Assembly: GCA_964465375.1 (NCBI GenBank) | Contig: CAYXIJ010000005.1 | Span: forward strand, 27,079 to 91,078 | Source: an uncultured Gammaproteobacteria bacterium | Lineage (GTDB): Bacteria; Pseudomonadota; Gammaproteobacteria; Steroidobacterales; Rariloculaceae | Length of the DNA stretch: 64,000 nucleotides | Direction of reading: 5' to 3' | Shown: piece by piece, positions 18,245-27,825 of the stretch | Numbering within the stretch: position 1 is the stretch's first letter | Layout: each line of letters opens with the position of its first letter | Notes under the pieces: model-generated | What the model saw: only the letters and a program-made list of their open reading frames with translations | What the model was told of the DNA's origin: nothing | Database searches by the model: none | Position numbers and translations under genes: made by a program

Positions 18245-20446
18245 TTATAGACGCCCGCGGAGCACAGTCGTATTGTCATCTTTTTCTACTATGGGTATAA
18301 GTATACTGATCTCTGCACCCCCTTGCTCCCCATTGCAGGCTGTAATTCTCCCACCATGTTCGTCTATTAGTTTTTTAACAATTGCAAGACCGAGTCCCGT
18401 GCCCTTGGCCTTGGTCGTGACATAAGGCTCAAATGCCTGTCGTACGATGTCTCCATGAAATCCAGCCCCATTGTCTGAAACTTTGATTTCTGCTGCCTCT
18501 AACTCACTCTTAATGTGTCTCGTACAAATATCTACACGCGCATCATTCTGATTCTCTACTGCCTCCAGCGCATTTCTAATTAAATTATGAAAAACCTGTC
18601 GCATGCGCCCCGGGTCCGCTTGTACGAGAGGTAGATCATTATCAAGATCTAGATAAACCTTAAGTGGTTCATCTTGATGTTTGTATAATTCTGTAACTTC
18701 CATCAGAAGATCATTTAGATCGAACTGAGTTAGCTCTATTTGAGGCGTTCTAGCATACTCGCTAAACGCATTTACCATGTCTTTCATGGCCTCTACTTGC
18801 TGAATGATGGTATGGGTTGCTCGATTGAGCAGCGCCGTATCAGAAGATTGAGTAGGTAAGTAGCGTCGACGCAATTGTTCGGCGGATAGTTGTATCGGTG
18901 TTAGTGGGTTTTTAATCTCGTGAGCTAGCCGCCTTGCTACTTCGCCCCAAGCTGCATCCCGCTGTGCTTCAAGCAGCGCAGTAATTTCATCAAACACAAC
19001 AACATACCCGCCCGGATAATCTCCCTCACTTGGCAATGCTGTGCAGGCACACATCAAAACTCGTCGGCCAACCTCACCCTCTTGTATAATTTGTTCCCTC
19101 CATTCGCTTTCTCCTTTCTTTAAGTAGGATGCGTTGACTGCTAGAAATTCAGCCAACAGAGGCTTGGGGTCTGCTAGCGCGCTCAGTTTTTCTCCAACGT
19201 GCGACTCTAAATCTACACCGAGTATGGTGCTGGCAGCTTGGTTAGCTGTTCGAATGCTCAGATTGGATTCCAGAGATACCACTCCAGTCTTTAATCTAGC
19301 CAGAATAACTTCTAGTTTTTTTCTCTCACTTTCTACTTGTTGTTGTCCTGAGCGTGCCTCTTCACTTGCTTTAGAAAGCCGGCGTGTCATGTCGTTAAAC
19401 GAACTCACCAAAAACCCAATTTCGTCATGACTTGGGGTGGGCAACAAAGTATCGAAATCGCCTCGAGCAACGGCCCGAGTACCTGCCATCAATTGTTGAA
19501 TCGGAATTACCAAGCGCTGAGCCGAAAAAAAAGCGCCATACACAGCGGCAAGCAGCGCAATTAATAAAACCAAGCTGAGTGTTACTGTAAATCCAGATTT
19601 AAGTGGGTCCCGCAGAAAAGACAAGACCCCATATTGATCGTAGCTAGCCTGAACCTGATTGGCTAACTCGCTTAGGCGCTGCTCCACAGGAAATAAAGCT
19701 TGCAGTATGGCCTTCTCTCCACCTGGAACTTTGGACATAATATTAATTGCGGCTAGAATCTCGTAGCTACCATCTAAACCGGGCTCAAGTCCAACATAAG
19801 ATCGTCCCTGTCCAAGTTGCAGCACTATTTCATCACTAGGATATCTCGGAACTCCAACAGATGAATCTCCCGAACTTGTCGCAAGAATTTGATCATTTAT
19901 GGTAAAAATTGTGAGCTCCCCAGCTTGACTTTCACGCCTTAGGTCACTCAATTCGCCAACGATATCTGTGTCTCCACTGCTAACAAGGCGTGCTGCCATA
20001 CTCTCTACCTCATCCAGATGTTGCCGCATCTGAATGTCTAGCGCCGTCTGACTGAGCTCCAAGGCATTACTAAGCCCTTGCTCAACATCCACATTAAACC
20101 AGCTATCAATACCACGATTAATGAATTGAATTGCGAAGAGATAAACTACTAACAAAGGAGTTACTGCTAGTACCACAAGCAATGTGACCATTCGTGCTTT
20201 GAGACGAGACCCAGGAACATGTCTCCGGTGCTCACGCACCAGTTTCATGAGGCTTCCAAAAATTAAAAGCAACAAAACTACTGCGCCAAAAAGGTTGATA
20301 AGCAATATCCAGTTTTGAAAGCGGCTAAATTCCTCAGAATTTTGGGCAGTTTGACTGAATAGAAGCAGCGCCGAGAGCCAAAGAAGCACCCCAACCGTAA
20401 GAACTAATGCATATAGTGCTCTTTTCAATTTACTTCCAACTCCCAT
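18245..20446 (-). CDS. NtrY-like sensor histidine kinase (TM-HAMP-PAS-HisKA-HATPase)
   Basis: 733 aa with N-terminal TM helices and a HAMP region (RGDFDTLLPTPSHDEIGFLVSSFNDM). The H-box is RLAHEIKNPLTPIQLSAEQL and the ATPase G-boxes are DNGAGF and GTGLGLAIV. Confidence 0.8.
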   Translation of the reverse strand: MGVGSKLKRALYALVLTVGVLLWLSALLLFSQTAQNSEEFSRFQNWILLINLFGAVVLLLLIFGSLMKLVREHRRHVPGSRLKARMVTLLVVLAVTPLLVVYLFAIQFINRGIDSWFNVDVEQGLSNALELSQTALDIQMRQHLDEVESMAARLVSSGDTDIVGELSDLRRESQAGELTIFTINDQILATSSGDSSVGVPRYPSDEIVLQLGQGRSYVGLEPGLDGSYEILAAINIMSKVPGGEKAILQALFPVEQRLSELANQVQASYDQYGVLSFLRDPLKSGFTVTLSLVLLIALLAAVYGAFFSAQRLVIPIQQLMAGTRAVARGDFDTLLPTPSHDEIGFLVSSFNDMTRRLSKASEEARSGQQQVESERKKLEVILARLKTGVVSLESNLSIRTANQAASTILGVDLESHVGEKLSALADPKPLLAEFLAVNASYLKKGESEWREQIIQEGEVGRRVLMCACTALPSEGDYPGGYVVVFDEITALLEAQRDAAWGEVARRLAHEIKNPLTPIQLSAEQLRRRYLPTQSSDTALLNRATHTIIQQVEAMKDMVNAFSEYARTPQIELTQFDLNDLLMEVTELYKHQDEPLKVYLDLDNDLPLVQADPGRMRQVFHNLIRNALEAVENQNDARVDICTRHIKSELEAAEIKVSDNGAGFHGDIVRQAFEPYVTTKAKGTGLGLAIVKKLIDEHGGRITACNGEQGGAEISILIPIVEKDDNTTVLRGRL

Positions 20447-21042
20447 CTATACCAGTCGCTTTTAAGCGACCATTTACGGCGCATAAAAGAAAGGAAACGC
20501 AAGGGGCCAGGAAAATCTTCCGTGTTAAGTCCAACCCGAATTCGCATGTCATACTGCTCATTGTCATCTAGCAACGCGATATCAATCACTGGCAAATCAT
20601 TTATTCGCCCCAGGTAATTCAATGCGGAAAATAAAGTGGCGAAGGAAAGCTGCTCTCCACTATTCAGATTCCTGACAATGTAGCGCTCACTCAATGCGTC
20701 TCGTTCCAGTTGGTAGAGCTGCTCTAAACTTGCATCCTCTAAGTCAATCCAAAAACGTCGTCGCTCTAAAACCTCGACATCAAGCTGTATAGCTAATGTG
20801 ACTCCAGAATCCAGTGCATTTCTTGCTTCAGAAGACAGGCGATACTCCACCCGTGCATTCAAAAAACAAACCCCTGAACGAAAATCTGTACTAGCTGATC
20901 GAATTTCAAATTGGCCGGGGTCCGCCTGAGAATGGGCCAGCCCAGAAAAGCCTGCCAGCCCGAGGATCAGGAACATCGGCATGAAAAACAGCTCTAGCCA
21001 TCGCTTCACGGAACACCAGCAAAAATTTGAGATTATGTTCAA
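20425..21042 (-). CDS. DUF4390-like exported protein
   Basis: 205-aa ORF. The more likely start is the internal M at 20982, giving the signal peptide MPMFLILGLAGFSGLAHSQA. It overlaps the kinase start by 22 nt. Its position between rsmB and ntrY-like genes matches the known DUF4390 context; I recall this from memory and did not check it with an HMM. Confidence 0.6.
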   Translation of the reverse strand: MNIISNFCWCSVKRWLELFFMPMFLILGLAGFSGLAHSQADPGQFEIRSASTDFRSGVCFLNARVEYRLSSEARNALDSGVTLAIQLDVEVLERRRFWIDLEDASLEQLYQLERDALSERYIVRNLNSGEQLSFATLFSALNYLGRINDLPVIDIALLDDNEQYDMRIRVGLNTEDFPGPLRFLSFMRRKWSLKSDWYRWELEVN

Positions 21043-21053
21043 CGTTTGTCTAA

Positions 21054-22409
21054 TTAGTGCTTCTTTTCAATTGCAGCATAATAGAACCCGTCCATATTCG
21101 CCTCCCCTGGCATTATTTGGCGTTCAAATTTCTGCCTAATTACGCTAGCACCGGGAGTTTCGCGCAAAAATCGCTTAATCTGATAATGGTTCTCATTCTT
21201 GAGGACAGTACATGTAGCGTAAAGAAGACGCCCGCCAACACTAAGTAGAGGCCAAAGAGTACGTAACAGCTTAGCCTGCTCCAAAACAATATCCTCCATA
21301 TCATTGGCTCGACGCAAAATTTTTATATCCGGATGCCTTCTAATAACACCCACTGCACTACATGGCGCATCAATCAAAATACGCTGAAAAGGTTTGCCGT
21401 CCCACCAATCGCTCGGTCGAGTAGCGTCCGCGTGGCATAATGTTCCTTGCAATTCCAGTCGATCCAAGTTCTCAGCTAGACTTTGTAATCGGTATTGGTC
21501 TCGGTCGAGAGCAAGAAGCTGGCCCAAGCCTGTACAAGTCTCTAGAATCTGTGCCGTTTTTCCGCCTGGTGCTGCACAAGCATCTAGCACTCGGTGTCCT
21601 GGTTCAATTCCCAGGAAACCCGCAGCAAACTGGGCCGCCCCATCCTGAATTGAAACCAATCCCTCTTCAAAACCAGGTAAGCTCTCCGCTGGCTGAGGTA
21701 CCTCTAAAAGGATGGCGCCAGGCCCCACTTCTGAAACTGTCGAAACTAGAATTCCAGCTTCATTGAGATGGCAGATGTACTCTCTTCGTGTAATTCGAGA
21801 CAAGTTGACCCTAAGCCACATGGGGGGATGCTTATTATTTGCTGTAAAAATTTCCTGCCAGCTATCTATCCAGTCATCTCTAACCATTTCAAGAAGCCAA
21901 GAAGGATGACTATAAAAAGCCTCTGGACTATCTTTGAGTGCCTTCTGGAGTTCTTCCGCTTCACGTAAAAAGCGCCTAAGCACTGCGTTAACGAGCCCCC
22001 GAGTATGGGCTTTGCCCAAGAGATCTGCAGCAGCAACCGTTGCAGAAACTGCTGCATGATCTGGGATACGCATCCACTGTAGCTGAAATAATCCCAAACG
22101 CATCAGTGCCGCTAGTTCTGTCTCACGCCGATCTAAGGAGCGATTGAGCAACTGATCAAGTTGCCACTGCAAGCGGTGATACCAACGCAAGGTGCCGAAT
22201 ACAAATGCACGGACCAAACTTTGATCTCGTGAATCTGCGGAATTTATTTCATTAATCGCTTTTTCGGCCGTAATTCCATCCCTGAGAATCCGAGCGCTGA
22301 CCCTGGCTGCGGCTGCTCTTGATGCTGAACCAGTAAGCCCGCTATTTTCCACCAAAAGCGGCTCCCTTAAGTGGGTGAGCAGCCAGGTACGCCTCGGCCG
22401 ACATAACAT
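21054..22409 (-). CDS. rsmB: 16S rRNA (cytosine967-C5)-methyltransferase
   Basis: It has an N-terminal NusB-like domain, the SAM motif DACAAPGGKT and the catalytic PCSAVGVIRRHPD. The ATG at 22409 lies 68 nt inside fmt. A GTG at 22352 (VENSGLTG...), overlapping the fmt stop by 11 nt, is the more plausible start. Confidence 0.85.
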   Translation of the reverse strand: MLCRPRRTWLLTHLREPLLVENSGLTGSASRAAAARVSARILRDGITAEKAINEINSADSRDQSLVRAFVFGTLRWYHRLQWQLDQLLNRSLDRRETELAALMRLGLFQLQWMRIPDHAAVSATVAAADLLGKAHTRGLVNAVLRRFLREAEELQKALKDSPEAFYSHPSWLLEMVRDDWIDSWQEIFTANNKHPPMWLRVNLSRITRREYICHLNEAGILVSTVSEVGPGAILLEVPQPAESLPGFEEGLVSIQDGAAQFAAGFLGIEPGHRVLDACAAPGGKTAQILETCTGLGQLLALDRDQYRLQSLAENLDRLELQGTLCHADATRPSDWWDGKPFQRILIDAPCSAVGVIRRHPDIKILRRANDMEDIVLEQAKLLRTLWPLLSVGGRLLYATCTVLKNENHYQIKRFLRETPGASVIRQKFERQIMPGEANMDGFYYAAIEKKH

Positions 22410-23280
22410 TCCCCGATGGCTCCTGAACCTTCAATATTCGCAATATTCCTTTACCCGTTGCTACGTCTATGCCTGAACGCCCAGCCTTTATTACTGACCC
22501 CGGCGTAGTGTTAACTCTTGAGCTCAATACTTCCGCCTGCCATATTCGTAGGCGACGCCCATCATTAAGTAATGAATCCGAAATAGGCCACGGATTAAAT
22601 GCGCGCACTCTTCTTTCTACATCCCTAGCAGATAGCCCCCAGTCAATTGCCGAATCTGCCTTGGTAATTTTTGGCGCGTAAGTTACAGACTTTTCATCTT
22701 GTACCTTGCTTTTTATGTCGCCACGCAAAAGATCGGGCAAAACTTCATTCAATACGTCTGCCCCTAGAGCTGCAAGACGATCATGAAGCTCGCCTGCCGT
22801 CTCTTGAGCGCCGATATTCAACACGCTTTGCCTGTAAATTGAGCCTACGTCTAAAAGCTCTTGCATTTTCATGATTGTTATTCCCGTAACATCATCCCCC
22901 GCAAGAATTGCATACTGAATAGGGGCTGCGCCGCGCCAGCGTGGCAGAAGAGAAGCATGAATGTTTACACAGCCAAACCGAGGCCAGCTAAGCATCCATT
23001 TGGGTAGCAACAAACCATATGCCACCACAACCAGCAGATCTGGTTTAGGGCCCCATCGCCTTGCCAAACTCTTGTCATGAAGCGTTTCAGGTTGCTCAAC
23101 GCGTACGCCCATATCTAAGGCTAACTGTTTAATAGGGCTAGCCTTTACAGGCCGACCACGACCAGAAGGGCGGTCAGGCTGTGAGAGCACCAAAGTGGGC
23201 TTTATTCCTGAAAGTACCCTAAGGCTTGGTACAGCAAACTCTGGGGTACCTGCAAAAACAATACGCGGTTTGCTGCTCAC
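22342..23280 (-). CDS. fmt: Methionyl-tRNA formyltransferase
   Basis: 312 aa. Motifs: IVFAGTPEFAVPSL and HASLLPRWRGAAPIQYAI. Confidence 0.92.
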   Translation of the reverse strand: MSSKPRIVFAGTPEFAVPSLRVLSGIKPTLVLSQPDRPSGRGRPVKASPIKQLALDMGVRVEQPETLHDKSLARRWGPKPDLLVVVAYGLLLPKWMLSWPRFGCVNIHASLLPRWRGAAPIQYAILAGDDVTGITIMKMQELLDVGSIYRQSVLNIGAQETAGELHDRLAALGADVLNEVLPDLLRGDIKSKVQDEKSVTYAPKITKADSAIDWGLSARDVERRVRAFNPWPISDSLLNDGRRLRIWQAEVLSSRVNTTPGSVIKAGRSGIDVATGKGILRILKVQEPSGNVMSAEAYLAAHPLKGAAFGGK

Positions 23281-23302
23281 AATTCCCCGCCTGATTAAGG
23301 CC

Positions 23303-23851
23303 CTAAATTGCGGGGGCCGTTAATCTCCCCGTCTCCTGAGCAGCGTCAGCTTTAGCTTGCTTTAACTGTTTTATAGTCTTCTTCTTGAGTCTTTGGCGCT
23401 TCAGCTCAGAAAGGTAATCTACAAAAAGCTTTCCTTCGAGGTGGTCCATTTCATGCTGGATACATACTGCAAGGAGCCCCTCTGCTTCAAACTTACGAAG
23501 GTTACCTTTTTCGTCCAGCGCCTCAACTAATATGTGCTCTGCCCGCTGAATTTCCTCAGAGAACCCCGGAACTGATAGGCAGCCTTCTTCGTAGCCAATC
23601 TGTCCTTCCTGGGACAGTATTTTTGGGTTTATTAGGCAATATGGCTCGTTGCGCTTTTCAGATATATCTAAAACCAGTAGACGCTTATGAACATCCACTT
23701 GCGTGGCAGCTAACCCTATCCCTGGGGCTTCATACATGGTTTCAAGCATATCGGATACCAAAGTATTGATTGTCTCGTCCACCTCTAAAACTGGCTCCGC
23801 CCGGATTCTGAGCCGAGGATCCGGATATTCAAGGATAGGAAGAAGTGCCAT
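23303..23851 (-). CDS. def: Peptide deformylase
   Basis: 182 aa with all three PDF motifs: [17 protein letters not shown] and QHEMDHLEG. Confidence 0.92.
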   Translation of the reverse strand: MALLPILEYPDPRLRIRAEPVLEVDETINTLVSDMLETMYEAPGIGLAATQVDVHKRLLVLDISEKRNEPYCLINPKILSQEGQIGYEEGCLSVPGFSEEIQRAEHILVEALDEKGNLRKFEAEGLLAVCIQHEMDHLEGKLFVDYLSELKRQRLKKKTIKQLKQAKADAAQETGRLTAPAI

Positions 23852-24214
23852 ACAGCTAAACCAACATCTACGATAACAACCTTGGGTGCTACTTTGCCTG
23901 ATTTTATGGGGCCATGGCTATACCTACGCCCAAAACTTAGCCGCATGAATAATGCTTTTGTAATTGTTGCTGGTCACCAAATCTCTTTCAAGATAGTGCT
24001 CAAAATACCTGAGCACGCCAAAATCAACGATTCTAATGTTCCTAAACTATTTGGAGCGGTCATATTTTTCTTCTTTGACATTGGGGGGCTGAAAAAATGG
24101 ATCTCATTGACGGCAGCAAATCTTTCCTCCATGCTCCTGTCCCTGCTCCTAACGTTGAGAGGGAAATCTAGGAGCTTGTCAAAACCTGCATCGCTGCCAA
24201 ACCAAGAGGGTTTT

Positions 24215-24691
24215 ATGAAAGAAACCGTTTTAGATGTACTCATGTATCTTTTCGAGTGTTTTGTGGATGGCGAGGATACGCCCGAGCCCAGCAAGAACGA
24301 ACTGAGAGAGGAATTGGAACAGGCGGGCTTTAGGCATCGCGAGATTGATCGTGCGCTCGAATGGCTAGATGGACTTAAGTCCCCTAAGGTCACGACTAAT
24401 TCTGTTACACCCCATTTCCCGACTCTTAGGGTATTTGACCGCTCAGAACATGAACGCCTAGACACTTCATGCCGCGGCTACTTATTGCACCTCGAACAAC
24501 TCGGCATCCTCTCGCCAGTACAGCGAGAACTAGTCATTGACCGGTTACTAGCGCTTGATTCTGATGATATTGATATTGAACACATCAAGTGGGTGGTCAT
24601 GATGGTTCTTTTCAGTCAACCAAGCCAACAGCAAGAATATGAACGAATGGAGGATTTAGTTTTCGCTGAAGACCCAGACTGGCTACACTGA
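24215..24691 (+). CDS. smg: Smg (DUF494) protein
   Basis: The listed ORF is 23882..24691. The Smg-homologous part starts at the ATG at 24215 (MKETVLDVLMYLFECF...AGFRHREIDRALEWL), which aligns with the E. coli Smg N-terminus MFDVLMYLFETY. Confidence 0.8.
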   Translation: MKETVLDVLMYLFECFVDGEDTPEPSKNELREELEQAGFRHREIDRALEWLDGLKSPKVTTNSVTPHFPTLRVFDRSEHERLDTSCRGYLLHLEQLGILSPVQRELVIDRLLALDSDDIDIEHIKWVVMMVLFSQPSQQQEYERMEDLVFAEDPDWLH

Positions 24692-24748
24692 CACTTATGT
24701 ACCTCGGTTTAGTCGGCTAAGGCGGCCGTCGACAGCCATTGAATAGCT

Positions 24749-27082
24749 ATGAGCAAGAATCTCGTCCTAGTTGAGTCCCCCGCCAAGGGAAAAACCATCG
24801 AGAAATATCTCGGCACGGACTTTAAGGTGCTCGCCACCTATGGGCATGTTAGAGATCTGGTCTCCAAGACAGGTGCTGTGATTCCTGATCAGGGTTTCGC
24901 GATGAACTATGCAATCAGCGAGGACAGCAAAAAACAGCTCACAAAAATTACGAAAGCCGTAAAACAGGCCAGAACACTTTACCTTGCAACGGATCTTGAT
25001 CGTGAGGGGGAGGCTATCGCCTGGCATATGCAGGAAATTCTCAAAGAACGTGGCCTCCTGACAGACAAAAAGGTACACCGTGTCGTCTTTAATGCTGTCA
25101 CCAAGCGGGCAGTTCAGGATTCAATTAAACGTCCCAAGGTGGTCTCAGACTCACTGGTTAATGCGTACAAAGCACGCCGTGCCCTTGATCATCTCTTTGG
25201 CTTCAACCTATCGCCTCTGATGTGGGAAAAAATTGCGCCAAAACTATCTGCCGGACGTGTCCAGAGCCCAGCACTACGTCTTATTGTGGAACGTGAAGAC
25301 CAGATTTCAGCATTCGAGCCTCAGGAATACTGGACTATTGGCGCTACCGCCAAACACAAGGGTGAAACCTTTAGGGCACGCCTCTCCAAGTACGAGGGGG
25401 AGAAAACAAAACAATTTTCCTTTATTGATGAGAAGACCGTCAGGGAAGTTGAGAGTTCGATTAAAGCCTCAGCTAATGGAATTCTAACTGTCGGTAAGGT
25501 AGAAAAAAAACAGAGGCAGCGTAAGCCAACTGCTCCGTTTATAACCTCCACTCTCCAGCAGGAAGCCTCACGTAAACTTGGTTTTAGTGCAAGACAAACT
25601 ATGATGACAGCCCAACGACTCTACGAAGGCATTGATGTCGGTGATGGTTCTGTAGGTCTTATCACTTACATGAGGACCGACTCGGTAACACTGGCGGACG
25701 AAGCTATAACTGAAATCAGGTCGCTGATCCAAGACCGTTATGGTACGGAGAATCTGCCGGATGAGCCTCGAACATACCAAACCAAGACCCAAAATGCCCA
25801 AGAAGCCCACGAGGCGGTTAGGCCTACATCAGTTGCCAGAACTCCGGCAGAGCTGAAAGGTCGCCTGGATTCGGATCAGCATCGGCTCTACGAACTGATA
25901 TGGAAACGCACTGTTGCCTCTCAGATGAGCAACGCCATTTTCGATACCGTTGGGCTCGACATCTTCCCTGGAGAAAACCTAGAAGGGGATACAAGCTTTC
26001 GCGCAACGGGCCAAGTACTGGTGAAGCCAGGGTTCATGACAGTTTATCAGGAAGGCATGGACGACATGGCAAACGATGAACAAGACCGTATTCTGCCGCC
26101 GCTTGAGGAAGGTGACCGCCTTAATTTGAAAGTATTGTCGAGCGAACAACATTTCACCGAGCCGCCGCCACGCTACTCAGAAGCGACTCTGGTCAAAGCA
26201 CTGGAAAAATGCGGTATAGGCCGACCATCCACATACGCATCCATCATCTCCACGCTCCGCAACCGAGAGTACGTAGAAATGGAAAGCCGACGATTCATAC
26301 CGACAGAGCTTGGGAAGGTAGTGAGCCGCTTTCTCACGGGCAACTTTTCCCAATACGTTGATTACGAATTCACAGCGAAAATGGAAAACGACCTTGACGC
26401 TATTTCAAGAGGGGAAGGTGACTGGGTCCCTTTACTCAAAGAATTCTGGGAACCGTTTCATAATCAAATCGAGCATGCCAGAAAAACACTTACGCGCATG
26501 GATCAGGCACGATCTTTAGGTGATGATCCTAAAAGTGGTCGCCCAATGACTGTGAGAATGGCTCGCTACGGACCGGTCATTCAGATCGGCACAAAAGATG
26601 ACGAAGAAAAGCCATTATTTGCGGGCCTACGTCCGGGGCAAAAAATGGACACCATCACCCGCGATGAGGCATTGGCTCTGTTCAATTTACCCAGGGACTT
26701 GGGTGAAACACCTGACGGTGAACCTGTCTCAGCCAACATCGGACGATTCGGGCCATACGTGCGCTATGGCAACAAATTTGTATCTATTAAAGACGATGAT
26801 CCTTATACGATCGCTTTACCGCGTGCACTTGAGCTTATCGAAGAGAAAAAAATATTTGACGCCAATCGAATCATTCAGGATTTCTCGAATGCGGGTATCC
26901 AGATACTCAATGGCCGTTACGGCCCATACATAACAAATAAAAAAAAGAATGCCAAAGTCCCTAAGGAAAAAGATCCAAAATCCTTAACACTTGCTGAATG
27001 TGAGCAAATACTTGAAGCTGCACCTGAACGCGGTGCGCGCCGATCCAAAAAAAAGGTAAAGAAAAAAAAGAAAACAACTTGA
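24749..27082 (+). CDS. topA: DNA topoisomerase I (type IA), zinc-finger-less C-terminal repeat type with a lysine-rich tail
   Basis: 777 aa. It has a Toprim domain (LVLVESPAKGKTIEKYLG) and the active-site Tyr region GLITYMRTDS. The C-terminal region has RYGPV/RFGPY/RYGPY repeats and a single Cys, and ends in RRSKKKVKKKKKTT. Confidence 0.92.
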   Translation: MSKNLVLVESPAKGKTIEKYLGTDFKVLATYGHVRDLVSKTGAVIPDQGFAMNYAISEDSKKQLTKITKAVKQARTLYLATDLDREGEAIAWHMQEILKERGLLTDKKVHRVVFNAVTKRAVQDSIKRPKVVSDSLVNAYKARRALDHLFGFNLSPLMWEKIAPKLSAGRVQSPALRLIVEREDQISAFEPQEYWTIGATAKHKGETFRARLSKYEGEKTKQFSFIDEKTVREVESSIKASANGILTVGKVEKKQRQRKPTAPFITSTLQQEASRKLGFSARQTMMTAQRLYEGIDVGDGSVGLITYMRTDSVTLADEAITEIRSLIQDRYGTENLPDEPRTYQTKTQNAQEAHEAVRPTSVARTPAELKGRLDSDQHRLYELIWKRTVASQMSNAIFDTVGLDIFPGENLEGDTSFRATGQVLVKPGFMTVYQEGMDDMANDEQDRILPPLEEGDRLNLKVLSSEQHFTEPPPRYSEATLVKALEKCGIGRPSTYASIISTLRNREYVEMESRRFIPTELGKVVSRFLTGNFSQYVDYEFTAKMENDLDAISRGEGDWVPLLKEFWEPFHNQIEHARKTLTRMDQARSLGDDPKSGRPMTVRMARYGPVIQIGTKDDEEKPLFAGLRPGQKMDTITRDEALALFNLPRDLGETPDGEPVSANIGRFGPYVRYGNKFVSIKDDDPYTIALPRALELIEEKKIFDANRIIQDFSNAGIQILNGRYGPYITNKKKNAKVPKEKDPKSLTLAECEQILEAAPERGARRSKKKVKKKKKTT

Positions 27083-27176
27083 CCGTAAGACATATCCACC
27101 ACAACCAGGGACTAGTGTCACGATTGATATTTAGTCATCACGATGAAACGCGGCCTGCATAAAGAGAATCGTCACT

Positions 27177-27731
27177 GTGTATGATTTTCACATAAATCAC
27201 GCTGCCCGGGCACTTGCTGCGGGAGGTGTAGTGGCATATCCAACCGAAGCCGTATTTGGAATTGGCTGTCTGCCTTTTCACCGTGCTGCCGCAAACCGAA
27301 TTCTGGCTATGAAAAACAGGCCCTGGCAAAAAGGAATGATCCTCATCGCGGCCGACTTAGCCCAAATTGAACAGTTGATTGTTCTTCCCAAAAGCCATCT
27401 TAGCAATGAAATTCTCTCCAGCTGGCCTGGTCCTGTTACATGGGTACTTTCAACGCGCTTGGCGACACCAGAATGGATCACCGGCGGTAGAAATACCATT
27501 GCCGTACGTGTGACTGATCACCCCATTACACGCAAGCTTTGCCAGCGCGTAGAGAGCCCCCTAATTTCTACGAGTGCCAATCGGGGTAACTGTCCACCAT
27601 TGAAACGTGCGATGCAGGTGCACGCAACCTTCGGCTCGGAACTTGATTATGTAGTACCTGGATCCCCTGGCCCACTTACCAAACCTACAGTCATCAGAGA
27701 TGGAAAAACCGGGAACATTCTTCGGGCTTGA
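27177..27731 (+). CDS. tsaC: L-threonylcarbamoyladenylate synthase (TsaC/YrdC type)
   Basis: 184 aa with a GTG start. YrdC-domain motifs are present: VVAYPTEAVFGIGC and LISTSANRGN. Confidence 0.85.
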   Translation: MYDFHINHAARALAAGGVVAYPTEAVFGIGCLPFHRAAANRILAMKNRPWQKGMILIAADLAQIEQLIVLPKSHLSNEILSSWPGPVTWVLSTRLATPEWITGGRNTIAVRVTDHPITRKLCQRVESPLISTSANRGNCPPLKRAMQVHATFGSELDYVVPGSPGPLTKPTVIRDGKTGNILRA

Positions 27732-27825
27732 TCATTTTTCCACATTTTCCGGTCTGACTCGAACAATATGGAAAAGGTACCCAAAACGGCGGAAAATCCA
27801 GATATGGAACTTGATGAGACGCCCC

